NCBI GenBank assembly: GCA_963808235.1
Contig: CAWEEQ010000004.1
Coordinates: forward strand, 781,084 to 845,083
Direction of reading: 5' to 3'
DNA: 64,000 nt
DNA from: an uncultured delta proteobacterium
GTDB taxonomy: Bacteria > Desulfobacterota > Binatia > Binatales > Binataceae
Positions 1-7,405 of the stretch are shown here, one piece after another. The notes below the pieces were generated by a model, which saw only the letters and a list, made by a program, of their open reading frames with translations, did not search any database and was not told the DNA's origin. Position 1 is the stretch's first letter, and every line of letters starts with the position of its first letter. The position numbers and the translations under genes were made by a program.

Positions 1-1
1 C

Positions 2-325
2 AATGCGATCAAATACACTCCGCGCGAAGGACACGTCACCGTCGAGGCGCATGAAGCGATGAGCGCCAACGGTACTGCGCCGACGCCGGGCGTGGCGCTG
101 GTGGTCTCCGACACCGGAGAAGGAATTCCCGCGCCCGACATCCCGCGCCTGACGGAGCGATTCTATCGCGTCGATCGTGCGCGCTCGCGCGAACTCGGCG
201 GCACCGGCCTGGGCCTCGCGATCGTCAAACACATCGTGCAACTCCATCACGGAGCGCTTCGCATCGAGAGCAAAGTGCGCGAGGGCACAACAGTCACAGT
301 CTGGATCCCCGCCGCCCCGCAGTGA
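2..325 (+). CDS. sensor histidine kinase, C-terminal HATPase_c fragment (PhoR-like); 5' end outside window
   Basis: Frame is open from base 2. NAIKYTP...VSDTGEGIPAPDIPRLTERFYRVDRARSRELGGTGLGLAIVKHIV carries the N, G1 and G2 boxes of GHKL kinases. LTERFYRVD.ARSR is typical of PhoR-type kinases. Confidence 0.85.
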   Translation, partial: NAIKYTPREGHVTVEAHEAMSANGTAPTPGVALVVSDTGEGIPAPDIPRLTERFYRVDRARSRELGGTGLGLAIVKHIVQLHHGALRIESKVREGTTVTVWIPAAPQ

Positions 326-432
326 TTCCTTCTTATCCGCGCCACAAATTGCACGAATCGAGCACTTTCCGCCCTATTCGTCGCGCGGCTTGCTCGCGCG
401 CGCTCGATATGAAAATTTCTAGGGTTCCGGTG

Positions 433-508
433 CGCCCATAGCTCAGTGGATTAGAGCGGATGACTACGGATCATCAGGTCGGGGGTTCAAGTCCCTCTGG
501 GCGCACCA
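433..508 (+). tRNA. tRNA-Arg (anticodon ACG)
   Basis: Cloverleaf folded by hand: acceptor GCGCCCA/TGGGCGC, D stem GCTC/GAGC, anticodon stem GATGA/TCATC with loop CTACGGA, T stem GGGGG/CCCTC with loop TTCAAGT, discriminator A, encoded CCA; 76 nt. Confidence 0.93.
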
Positions 509-556
509 AATCTTTTTTTCAGATCGGCTAATTCCGAAAACGAGGAGCCAGCCGAG

Positions 557-1444
557 ATGAGAACGGCTCGCGACATCTCTATTCCCTATCGCATCGAGGA
601 TGGCGCCAAGTTCCGCCTGAAAGACTTCGATCCCGCCGACGCCGGTCGCATAAAATCGAAGAAGCACGCCGAAGAGGAGTTGCAGCACGGGGTTCAGCTA
701 CTGAGCGAATTGCAAGACAAACTCTACGCGCAGAACCGATGGGCCGTGCTGTTGATCTTTCAAGCGATGGACGCCGCCGGCAAGGACGGCGCTATCAAGC
801 ACGTGTTGTCGGGCGTCAATCCGCAAGGATGCGAGGTCTTCTCGTTCAAGCAACCATCGGTCGAAGAACTCAGTCACGACTTCATGTGGCGGACTTCGAA
901 GCGCGTCCCCGAGCGCGGGAAAATCGGAATCTTCAATCGCTCTTATTACGAGGAAGTTCTGGTGACGCGGGTCCACAAGGATTTGCTCGAGCGTGAGCGC
1001 ATCCCGCCGTCACTGATCAGCAAAGACCTCTGGAAAGAGCGCTTCGCGGATATCAATGCGCACGAACGCTACCTCGCGCACAACGGAATCGTGATTCTGA
1101 AGTTCTTTCTCAACCTGTCGAAAAAGGAACAACGCAAACGCTTTCTGAAAAGACTCGAAGAGCCCGCAAAGAACTGGAAATATTCGGCCGCCGACATCAG
1201 CGAGCGCGGTCTCTGGCGCGACTACATGTCGGCGTACGAACAAATGATCCAGAATACTGCGACCCCGCATGCGCCCTGGTTCGTCGTGCCTGCCGACAAC
1301 AAGTGGTACACGCGCCTTGTGGTCGCCGCGGCTATCGCGCATGCGCTCGAAGAATTGAAGCTCAGCTATCCTAAAGTCGACGCGGCAAAGCGCAAGGAAT
1401 TGAAAGCGGCGCAGATCGCGCTTCAAAATGAGCGCAGTGACTGA
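557..1444 (+). CDS. ppk2: polyphosphate kinase 2 family protein (PPK2)
   Basis: 295 aa; FRLKDFDP...LLIFQAMDAAGKDGAIKHVLSGVNPQGCEVFSFKQPS.EELSHDFMWR...IGIFNRSYYEEVL matches the PPK2 P-loop and lid pattern; GAGGAG 9 nt upstream of the ATG. Confidence 0.88.
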   Translation: MRTARDISIPYRIEDGAKFRLKDFDPADAGRIKSKKHAEEELQHGVQLLSELQDKLYAQNRWAVLLIFQAMDAAGKDGAIKHVLSGVNPQGCEVFSFKQPSVEELSHDFMWRTSKRVPERGKIGIFNRSYYEEVLVTRVHKDLLERERIPPSLISKDLWKERFADINAHERYLAHNGIVILKFFLNLSKKEQRKRFLKRLEEPAKNWKYSAADISERGLWRDYMSAYEQMIQNTATPHAPWFVVPADNKWYTRLVVAAAIAHALEELKLSYPKVDAAKRKELKAAQIALQNERSD

Positions 1445-2675
1445 GCCGCCCGCATTTGCGGCCGCCGCGCCCGCCGATTCTATTTCGCCGCTCGCCGAGT
1501 TCGACTCGCCACGTGCGTGGTGGATGGTTGCGGCCGCATTTGTCGCGATGTTCGCGACGTACAGCGTCGCCTACAGCTTCGGCGCGTTCTTCAAACCGAT
1601 GGCCGCGCAGTTCGGCGCGGATCGCAGCGCCACCTCCGCAATGTTTTCGTTGACCGTGCTGGTCTGGTGCGTGCTCGGCCCAGTCACCGGCCATCTCTCG
1701 GATCGATTCGGTCCACGAATCGTGCTCGCGTCCGGGGCGCTCGTCATGGGGCTGGGTCTCGCGCTTACATCAACGATCGATCGCCTGTGGATTGGCTACC
1801 TGACCTACGGAATCGGCGTCGGCGTCGGAGTCGCGTGCGCGTATGTTCCGATGGTCGCGGTGGTCGGAGGATGGTTTCTGCGCCGGCGCAACACCGCACT
1901 CGGGATCGCGGTGGCCGGAATCGGATTCGGCACGGTGTGCGGCGCGCCGATCGCCGCAGTGTTGATCGCGCCGCTCGGCTGGCGCGCGACCTACCTTGTT
2001 TTCGCGATCGCGACCACCGCGATTCTGCTCGGATGCGCTTTCGTAGCCGAGCGCCCTCCGGTCCACGTCACGCCCTCGCGCGTACGTCTTGGCGACGCGC
2101 TCCGCACTCCGGCCTTCGTACTTTTGTACGCATCGTCGGTTATGGTCTCAACGGCACTGTTCGTGCCGTTCGTCTATCTGCCGTCATTCGCGCACGATCA
2201 TGGCGTGTCCGAATTTTCAAGCGCCGCGCTGGTCGGCGTAATTGGCGGCGCGAGCGTAGCGGGGCGGATGGGACTCGGCGCGCTTGCCGATCGCGCCGGC
2301 GTCGTGCGCCTCTACCAGGCAAGCTTTCTGGTACTCGCGCTCAGCTATGGCATCTGGATGTTTGCGAGTTCGTACTCCGCAATGCTGCTCTTCGCAATCG
2401 TGATGGGCGCCGGCTACGGCGGATACGTCGCGCTATCTCCCGCGGTGATAGCTCACCTGTTCGGGACGCATCGGATGGGCACGATGCTCGGCGCTCTTTA
2501 TACCGCCGGTGGATTTGGCGCGATGGTCGGTCCGCCGATAGTTGGCTTGATCATTGACCGGACCGGCAGCTACCGCGTCGCGATCGCGGCCGCATTCGCA
2601 GTCGCGATGCTTTCCTTCGCGCTGCTGATCCCATTGCGCCGCTACGAACCGGCCAGCCAAACCCTCGTAGATTGA
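1428..2675 (+). CDS. MFS transporter (oxalate/formate antiporter-like)
   Basis: 415 aa with about 12 hydrophobic helices. An MFS loop motif (GHLSDRFGPR) lies between TM2 and TM3. The start overlaps the ppk2 stop by 17 nt. Confidence 0.8.
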   Translation: MSAVTEPPAFAAAAPADSISPLAEFDSPRAWWMVAAAFVAMFATYSVAYSFGAFFKPMAAQFGADRSATSAMFSLTVLVWCVLGPVTGHLSDRFGPRIVLASGALVMGLGLALTSTIDRLWIGYLTYGIGVGVGVACAYVPMVAVVGGWFLRRRNTALGIAVAGIGFGTVCGAPIAAVLIAPLGWRATYLVFAIATTAILLGCAFVAERPPVHVTPSRVRLGDALRTPAFVLLYASSVMVSTALFVPFVYLPSFAHDHGVSEFSSAALVGVIGGASVAGRMGLGALADRAGVVRLYQASFLVLALSYGIWMFASSYSAMLLFAIVMGAGYGGYVALSPAVIAHLFGTHRMGTMLGALYTAGGFGAMVGPPIVGLIIDRTGSYRVAIAAAFAVAMLSFALLIPLRRYEPASQTLVD

Positions 2676-2708
2676 AAGTAGTCACAATATGAACTACATT
2701 GAAGTTCG

Positions 2709-3008
2709 ATGCCGAAGCGTTCTGTTAAGCTCGGCCCCGATGCGATCCGTCACTTCAGGGCGCTCCGCGCGGCCGAACGCGCGCGGCTTGCGGCGGCGAT
2801 GCAGGCCGGGCTCGGTGAAGATGATGCAACCGTTGAGAACAAAAACCGCTTCCGTTTGCGACGTCCCTCCGGGCAGTCCGAGTTCGAGTTCCGGAAAGGA
2901 GATTTGCGCGTCTTCTATCGCGTTGCAGACGATGAAGTACTGGTCGATGCAATCGGACGCAAGCGCGGCAACCAACTTTTCATTGGCGGCAGTAAGGTGA
3001 CTCTATGA
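2709..3008 (+). CDS. RelE/ParE-family type II toxin
   Basis: 99 aa; the C-terminal FEFRKGDLRVFYRVADDEVLVDAIGRKRG fits the RelE/ParE core (R.GdyRviY...v.I..ig.R); 4-nt ATGA overlap with the next gene. Confidence 0.65.
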   Translation: MPKRSVKLGPDAIRHFRALRAAERARLAAAMQAGLGEDDATVENKNRFRLRRPSGQSEFEFRKGDLRVFYRVADDEVLVDAIGRKRGNQLFIGGSKVTL

Positions 3009-3247
3009 AAATTGAAAACATTCGCGAGGTTAAGACGCGGTTCAGTCGCTATGTCAACGAGCTGCCCAAAAGTGGCTCGATACTGATCACCAAGAACGGC
3101 CGGCCGTGCGCGGCGTTGATGCCGGTGACAGAAGACACGGACCTTGAAGCCCTGGCGCTGTCCCAGAACAAGCGTTTCTGGAAAATAATCGATGATGCGA
3201 TTGCGCGCGGGAAAAAAGAGGGCTTCGTTGATTTGGCTGATCTCTAG
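3005..3247 (+). CDS. Phd/YefM-family antitoxin
   Basis: 80 aa; MKIENIREVKTRFSRYVNELPKSGSILITKNGRPCAALMPV is the canonical Phd/YefM N-terminal fold signature. Confidence 0.75.
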   Translation: MKIENIREVKTRFSRYVNELPKSGSILITKNGRPCAALMPVTEDTDLEALALSQNKRFWKIIDDAIARGKKEGFVDLADL

Positions 3248-3277
3248 AACACTAGCGGCGCACGCGCTACGAACCGG

Positions 3278-4348
3278 TTACCGAGTCGCCGATTGCGCCG
3301 GGCTGGCCGGCGCCGCGACCGTGAAACTCCACTCGTAGAGCTTGTCGGCTTCCTTCAACGCGACCTTGTAATGACCGGGCGCCAGCGGTTCGCGCGGAAT
3401 GATCACCGCCGCGCCGATCGCTTTGAGACCTTCCTTGCCAGTCGTGGTCTCTTGCGTATCGCGGCCATTATATGACGCCGCCGTGATGAGGCATGTTTCC
3501 AGCTCGACACCATCGCGCGAAACGAGATTCGACGAAACTTCAAGACTGCCATCGGCGCCATATCCTTCGCCAAGTTGAATCGAAATCGGCGCGCCAGTCG
3601 GCGCTTTGTATCCGGGGCACGCCGTCAATGGATCGGGATACTCGCCGCCCGGATACGATTGCCAATCTATAGTGGCGCCGTTGGGCGGAAATTCGACCGC
3701 CGCTTTCAATCGTCCGGTCTCTGCGGGGATTAGCCCAAGCCCCGGATTCCAAAGTCGATCGCTTGCAGGTCCGTCGTAGAGCTCCAGGCGCACCGACTTC
3801 TCCAACCCGTACCGGCCCGGAATCACGATTGCGCATTCTCCAGAATCGCAGTAAGCGCCAAGTCCAACCAGCGAGAACTGCGGGACCATCGCAGTCAGGC
3901 CGCTGAATGGCATCGCCAGCAGGCGATCGACAAATTCGGCCCCGCTCAGATCGATCTGGCGCGCATTCAGGATTACCGATCTCACGCCGGCTGACGCGCC
4001 CCTGTCGCTGTAGAACGGCTTTCCCTTGATCTCAAACTTTGCGGGTTCCTGCCGAACTTGAATCTGCAGCTTCTGTTTGTCGAGAACGATATCGCCGCCG
4101 CCAATCCCATTTTTGACCAGGTAGCGCGCGTGATCATACGCGCCCGCGCTCAGCGCGCTGTCATCGACGACCGGCGGCAGCTTCGCCATCGCGCGATAGT
4201 AGTTCAGCCGCGCGTTGGCACTCGAGGCGAAATCGGCCAGCGCGCCCGACGATGCCGGGTCCGTCTGCGCGACGGCAAGGCTCGTCGCGAAAATCATTGC
4301 GCCACCGGCCAAAACGGCAAACTTGAAGTATCGCATGAAGTATCGCAT
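3278..4348 (-). CDS. secreted protein with N-terminal CAP/SCP-like domain
   Basis: 356 aa; signal peptide FKFAVLAGGAMIFATSLAVAQT; ARLNYYRAMAKLPPVVDDSALSAGAYDHARYLVKNG resembles the CAP (YkwD-like) domain; the C-terminal two thirds could not be assigned. Confidence 0.5.
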   Translation of the reverse strand: MRYFMRYFKFAVLAGGAMIFATSLAVAQTDPASSGALADFASSANARLNYYRAMAKLPPVVDDSALSAGAYDHARYLVKNGIGGGDIVLDKQKLQIQVRQEPAKFEIKGKPFYSDRGASAGVRSVILNARQIDLSGAEFVDRLLAMPFSGLTAMVPQFSLVGLGAYCDSGECAIVIPGRYGLEKSVRLELYDGPASDRLWNPGLGLIPAETGRLKAAVEFPPNGATIDWQSYPGGEYPDPLTACPGYKAPTGAPISIQLGEGYGADGSLEVSSNLVSRDGVELETCLITAASYNGRDTQETTTGKEGLKAIGAAVIIPREPLAPGHYKVALKEADKLYEWSFTVAAPASPAQSATR

Positions 4349-4360
4349 GAAGTATCGCTT
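4325..4360. repeat. 3 x 12-bp tandem repeat (TGAAGTATCGCA) spanning the start codon(s) of the CAP-domain gene
   Basis: Direct reading: cttgaagtatcgc atgaagtatcgc atgaagtatcgc. On the minus strand this gives (K)RYF-MRYF-MRYF. Confidence 0.9.
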
Positions 4361-4760
4361 ACGACTCCGAACAAAGTCCGTGCGCGCGCAGATACTTCAC
4401 ATCGTCGTCAGTAATTTTCGGCCCACTTTTGATTTGTGCCCAGGTTACCGACTGGTTCAACGTGTTGATCCCGCATTCGACCTCGAACATCTCGGCGCCG
4501 TCAGTCCTTTTGATCGGCACGAAGATGTTCGCCGTGCGTACCGAATTCTGCTCGACCATCCGCGGATCGGCCGTCATCCCATTGCTCATCTCGACGCTTT
4601 GCCCGCGAACGCTGTTGCAGATTGGCGCCGGATCGACTTTGCATCCGTTCATGTCGACGACGTTCGTCGAACCCGTGCTGCCGCTCGGCGCAGGTTGTGA
4701 CGCGCATGCCGCGACCGCCATCGATACAAACAGAGCTGGAATCAGCAAACCTCGCCGCAT
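4359..4760 (-). CDS. lipoprotein, unknown function
   Basis: 133 aa; MRRGLLIPALFVSMAVAAC has a lipobox (AVAAC); four further Cys. Confidence 0.6.
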   Translation of the reverse strand: MRRGLLIPALFVSMAVAACASQPAPSGSTGSTNVVDMNGCKVDPAPICNSVRGQSVEMSNGMTADPRMVEQNSVRTANIFVPIKRTDGAEMFEVECGINTLNQSVTWAQIKSGPKITDDDVKYLRAHGLCSES

Positions 4761-4982
4761 GTCGGAACCCCTTTATCGAGACGGATTAAAGATCTCACCG
4801 GAAAGTAACAGTGCGCCAACTCTTTGACAACAAAACCGGTTCCGCGGATTACCAAGTCGCGGGAATTCATGTGCGCACTTCCACGCCTTCACGAGTTGAG
4901 TTGTTAAATCGAGGATGGTGCTGCTAGTTTCGAAAAATGAATTGCCCGCGGCTTGGGGCTGCGCGCTTAGGGGATATTTTCG

Positions 4983-5231
4983 ATGCGTAAAATCATAATG
5001 TCCGGTCTCTTTGCGATTGCGGTAGTCGGGCTCGCGTTCGCGGCCGATAGGGATCGCCACGCGAGCTTCAACGATCCGAAGACGCCGGCCGCAGTCGCGC
5101 AGTGCAAGGGCTTCTACGGGACGGACGACAATCTGACGGCGTGCAACGATTTCTGCGGCCAGTGGCGGACTGCCAACGCGGGCGGCACCTGCGCCTGCGA
5201 CGACGGCAGGTGTCCCGCCGACGACCATTAG
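4983..5231 (+). CDS. small secreted Cys-rich protein, unknown function
   Basis: 82 aa; signal peptide MRKIIMSGLFAIAVVGLAFAA; six Cys in the roughly 60-aa mature part; GGGGA 8 nt upstream of the ATG. Confidence 0.5.
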   Translation: MRKIIMSGLFAIAVVGLAFAADRDRHASFNDPKTPAAVAQCKGFYGTDDNLTACNDFCGQWRTANAGGTCACDDGRCPADDH

Positions 5232-5256
5232 GATTCAGTTCGCGCGCGCAGCGCCG

Positions 5257-5850
5257 CTAAGCTGCGTCGTGAAAGATCACGCCCATCGCATAGCGCACGC
5301 CGGATGTAACCGTGCTCACGCCGTGGCGCATGTTCACGCGATGAAATCCGCGCGCGCCCGCGACCGGGCGATAGCGGTTCGCGAAGATAATTCCTTCGCC
5401 TTCATTCAGCGCGATCGCTTCGCCGCGCGATTGCGCCCGCGGCCGCTGCTCGACCAGTAGCAATTCGCCGCCTTCGAAATCGCGCCCGCGCCGGTTGAGC
5501 GCGCACGTGAACTGAACCGGGAACGCAATCTCGCCGTACAAGTCCTGATGCAGGCAGTTGTATCCGCCGGTCTCGTAACGAAGGATTAGCGGGGTCGGCC
5601 TGGTCTGGCCACGCGCCGCGCACATCTTCAGAAAAGCCGAGAGCGTTTCGGGATACGAGTCGCGACTGCGCAATCGCGCGGCCCACCTGTCGGCGGTACC
5701 GACCAGCTTGCGATACAGCTCGGTTCGAAGCCGTTCGACGATCTCCGGCATCGGGCGCGCGAAGTACTTATACTCTCCGACGCCGTAACGGTGCCGCTCC
5801 ATCACGATGCGGCTTCGAAACCGCTCGCGATTCGGATAGAGCGCGATCAA
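5257..5850 (-). CDS. 2OG-Fe(II) oxygenase (PF09859-like); the true start is probably upstream of 5850
   Basis: FRSRIVMERHRYGVGEYKYF...YNCLHQDLYGEIAFPVQFTCAL...GGELLLVEQ...RHGVSTVTSGVRYAMGVIFHDA carries the HxD...H facial triad pattern. The frame stays open and homologous-looking up to 6000. Confidence 0.7.
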   Translation of the reverse strand: MIALYPNRERFRSRIVMERHRYGVGEYKYFARPMPEIVERLRTELYRKLVGTADRWAARLRSRDSYPETLSAFLKMCAARGQTRPTPLILRYETGGYNCLHQDLYGEIAFPVQFTCALNRRGRDFEGGELLLVEQRPRAQSRGEAIALNEGEGIIFANRYRPVAGARGFHRVNMRHGVSTVTSGVRYAMGVIFHDAA

Positions 5851-5971
5851 GTCGGCGCATTCGCTCGAGCGCAGGAACTTTCCGGTCGTCGCGTAACCGC
5901 GCGCGTCGAGATCGCGCTCGATTCGATCCCAGTCGAGCCGCGCAATACGATCGGCGATGCTCGCTCCAATC

Positions 5972-6862
5972 TTACTCGGCGTTGGCGCGGATGAACTCTC
6001 CTATCTTCTCGATCGCCTGCTGCCCCTCATCGAGCATCGGTGCGAAAATTTGCCATACGTGGATCATGTTCTCCCACGGCTCCAGCGTAACCTTCACTCC
6101 CGCTTTGCGCGCGCGCTCTGCGAGCCGGGTCGAGTCATCGAGCAAAGTTTCCGCAGTGCCGACCTGGATCAACAACGGCGGAAGTCCTGCGAGGTCTGCA
6201 TAGAGCGGCGCTGCGAGCGGCGTGCGCGGATCCTTGCCCGCAAGATAAGCCGCCGCCATTTCGATCAGGCCGTCCTTTTGGACCATCGGATCCGCAGCCG
6301 CCTTCGACTTCATCGAATCGCCGAGCCCTTCGAGATCGACCCACGGCGACATACACACGCCGGCGCCCGGAAGCGCGAGCTTCGCATCGCGAATCGCGAC
6401 CAGCGTCGCGACCGTCAGCCCGCCGCCTGCGGAGTCGCCGGCGACGGCGATGCGCGCAGGCTTCAGTCCCGTCGAGATCATCCAGCGATACGCGGCGACC
6501 GAATCGTCGACAGCCGCGGGAAATGGATGCTCCGGCGCGAGCCGGTACTCGATCACCAGCACTCGCGCTTTCGACGCGCGCGAAAGTCTCGCCGCGAGCG
6601 AGCGATGAGTATTGATCGAGCCGATAACGTACCCGCCACCGTGCAGGTAAAGGATCGCGCGCCCCGTGTCTGCCCCCGGCGCCGTCACCCACTCGGCCTT
6701 GATTCCGCCAGCATTCACCGGCTCGCACTTGACGTCCGCATCGACCGGAAAGAGTCCAGCCATCTGCTCAAATCCCGCGCGCGTCTCCTCGACTGACGGC
6801 TTGCCCGCGATCGGCTGCGCCTTGAGCATTTGGACGATTTGTTGAAGCTGTTGTTGTGACAT
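5972..6862 (-). CDS. alpha/beta hydrolase, hormone-sensitive-lipase (family IV) type esterase
   Basis: HGGGY oxyanion motif and GDSAGG nucleophile elbow. The ATG at 6862 (MSQQQLQQ) is preferred because GGAGG lies 7 nt upstream; the ORF is open to 6949. Confidence 0.88.
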   Translation of the reverse strand: MSQQQLQQIVQMLKAQPIAGKPSVEETRAGFEQMAGLFPVDADVKCEPVNAGGIKAEWVTAPGADTGRAILYLHGGGYVIGSINTHRSLAARLSRASKARVLVIEYRLAPEHPFPAAVDDSVAAYRWMISTGLKPARIAVAGDSAGGGLTVATLVAIRDAKLALPGAGVCMSPWVDLEGLGDSMKSKAAADPMVQKDGLIEMAAAYLAGKDPRTPLAAPLYADLAGLPPLLIQVGTAETLLDDSTRLAERARKAGVKVTLEPWENMIHVWQIFAPMLDEGQQAIEKIGEFIRANAE

Positions 6863-6963
6863 CGAATACCTCCGGTTTCCTGGTGCGGCGCCGAGTATAG
6901 CGCCGCTCGTTTGCACCCTGCAAAGACGCGTTCGGTTCGCGCCGCGCATGGCATAATCACCGC

Positions 6964-7392
6964 ATGGCGATCGAGTACACGATCCTCGCCGACGCGATCG
7001 TCATCGTCCACGCGGCATACGTAGCGTTCGTCGTGGGCGGACTCGTCGCGATTCTGATCGGCGGTGCGACGGGATGGCGATGGACCCGAAGCTTCGCGTT
7101 TCGAGTCGCGCACCTCGCCGCGATTACGCTCGTATGCATCGAGTCAGTCGTCGGCGTGATGTGTCCGCTGACTTCGCTCGAAGACTGGATGCGCGCGCGT
7201 GGCGGAGCCGCGCGGTATCGCGGTGACTTCGTCGGCTACTGGGCGCATCGCCTGATTTTCTACAACTTCCCGCCGTGGGCATTCGCGATCGTGTACTTCA
7301 CATTCGCGGCTCTGGTCGTCATCACATTCATTCTTCTACCGCCACGATGGCCCACCCGCACGCATCGTGCGCACACTAGCGATCCGCTCTGA
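6964..7392 (+). CDS. small membrane protein (DUF2784-like)
   Basis: 142 aa, 4 predicted helices, with a MCPLTSLEDWMR motif that I recall from DUF2784. Confidence 0.5.
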   Translation: MAIEYTILADAIVIVHAAYVAFVVGGLVAILIGGATGWRWTRSFAFRVAHLAAITLVCIESVVGVMCPLTSLEDWMRARGGAARYRGDFVGYWAHRLIFYNFPPWAFAIVYFTFAALVVITFILLPPRWPTRTHRAHTSDPL

Positions 7393-7405
7393 GAGGAAGA
7401 CGCGG

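Noticed and set aside
464-688. 74-aa minus-strand ORF overlapping tRNA-Arg(ACG)
   Set aside because: Its C-terminus (CAQRDLNPRPDDP) is simply the antisense translation of the tRNA. There is no RBS and no domain.
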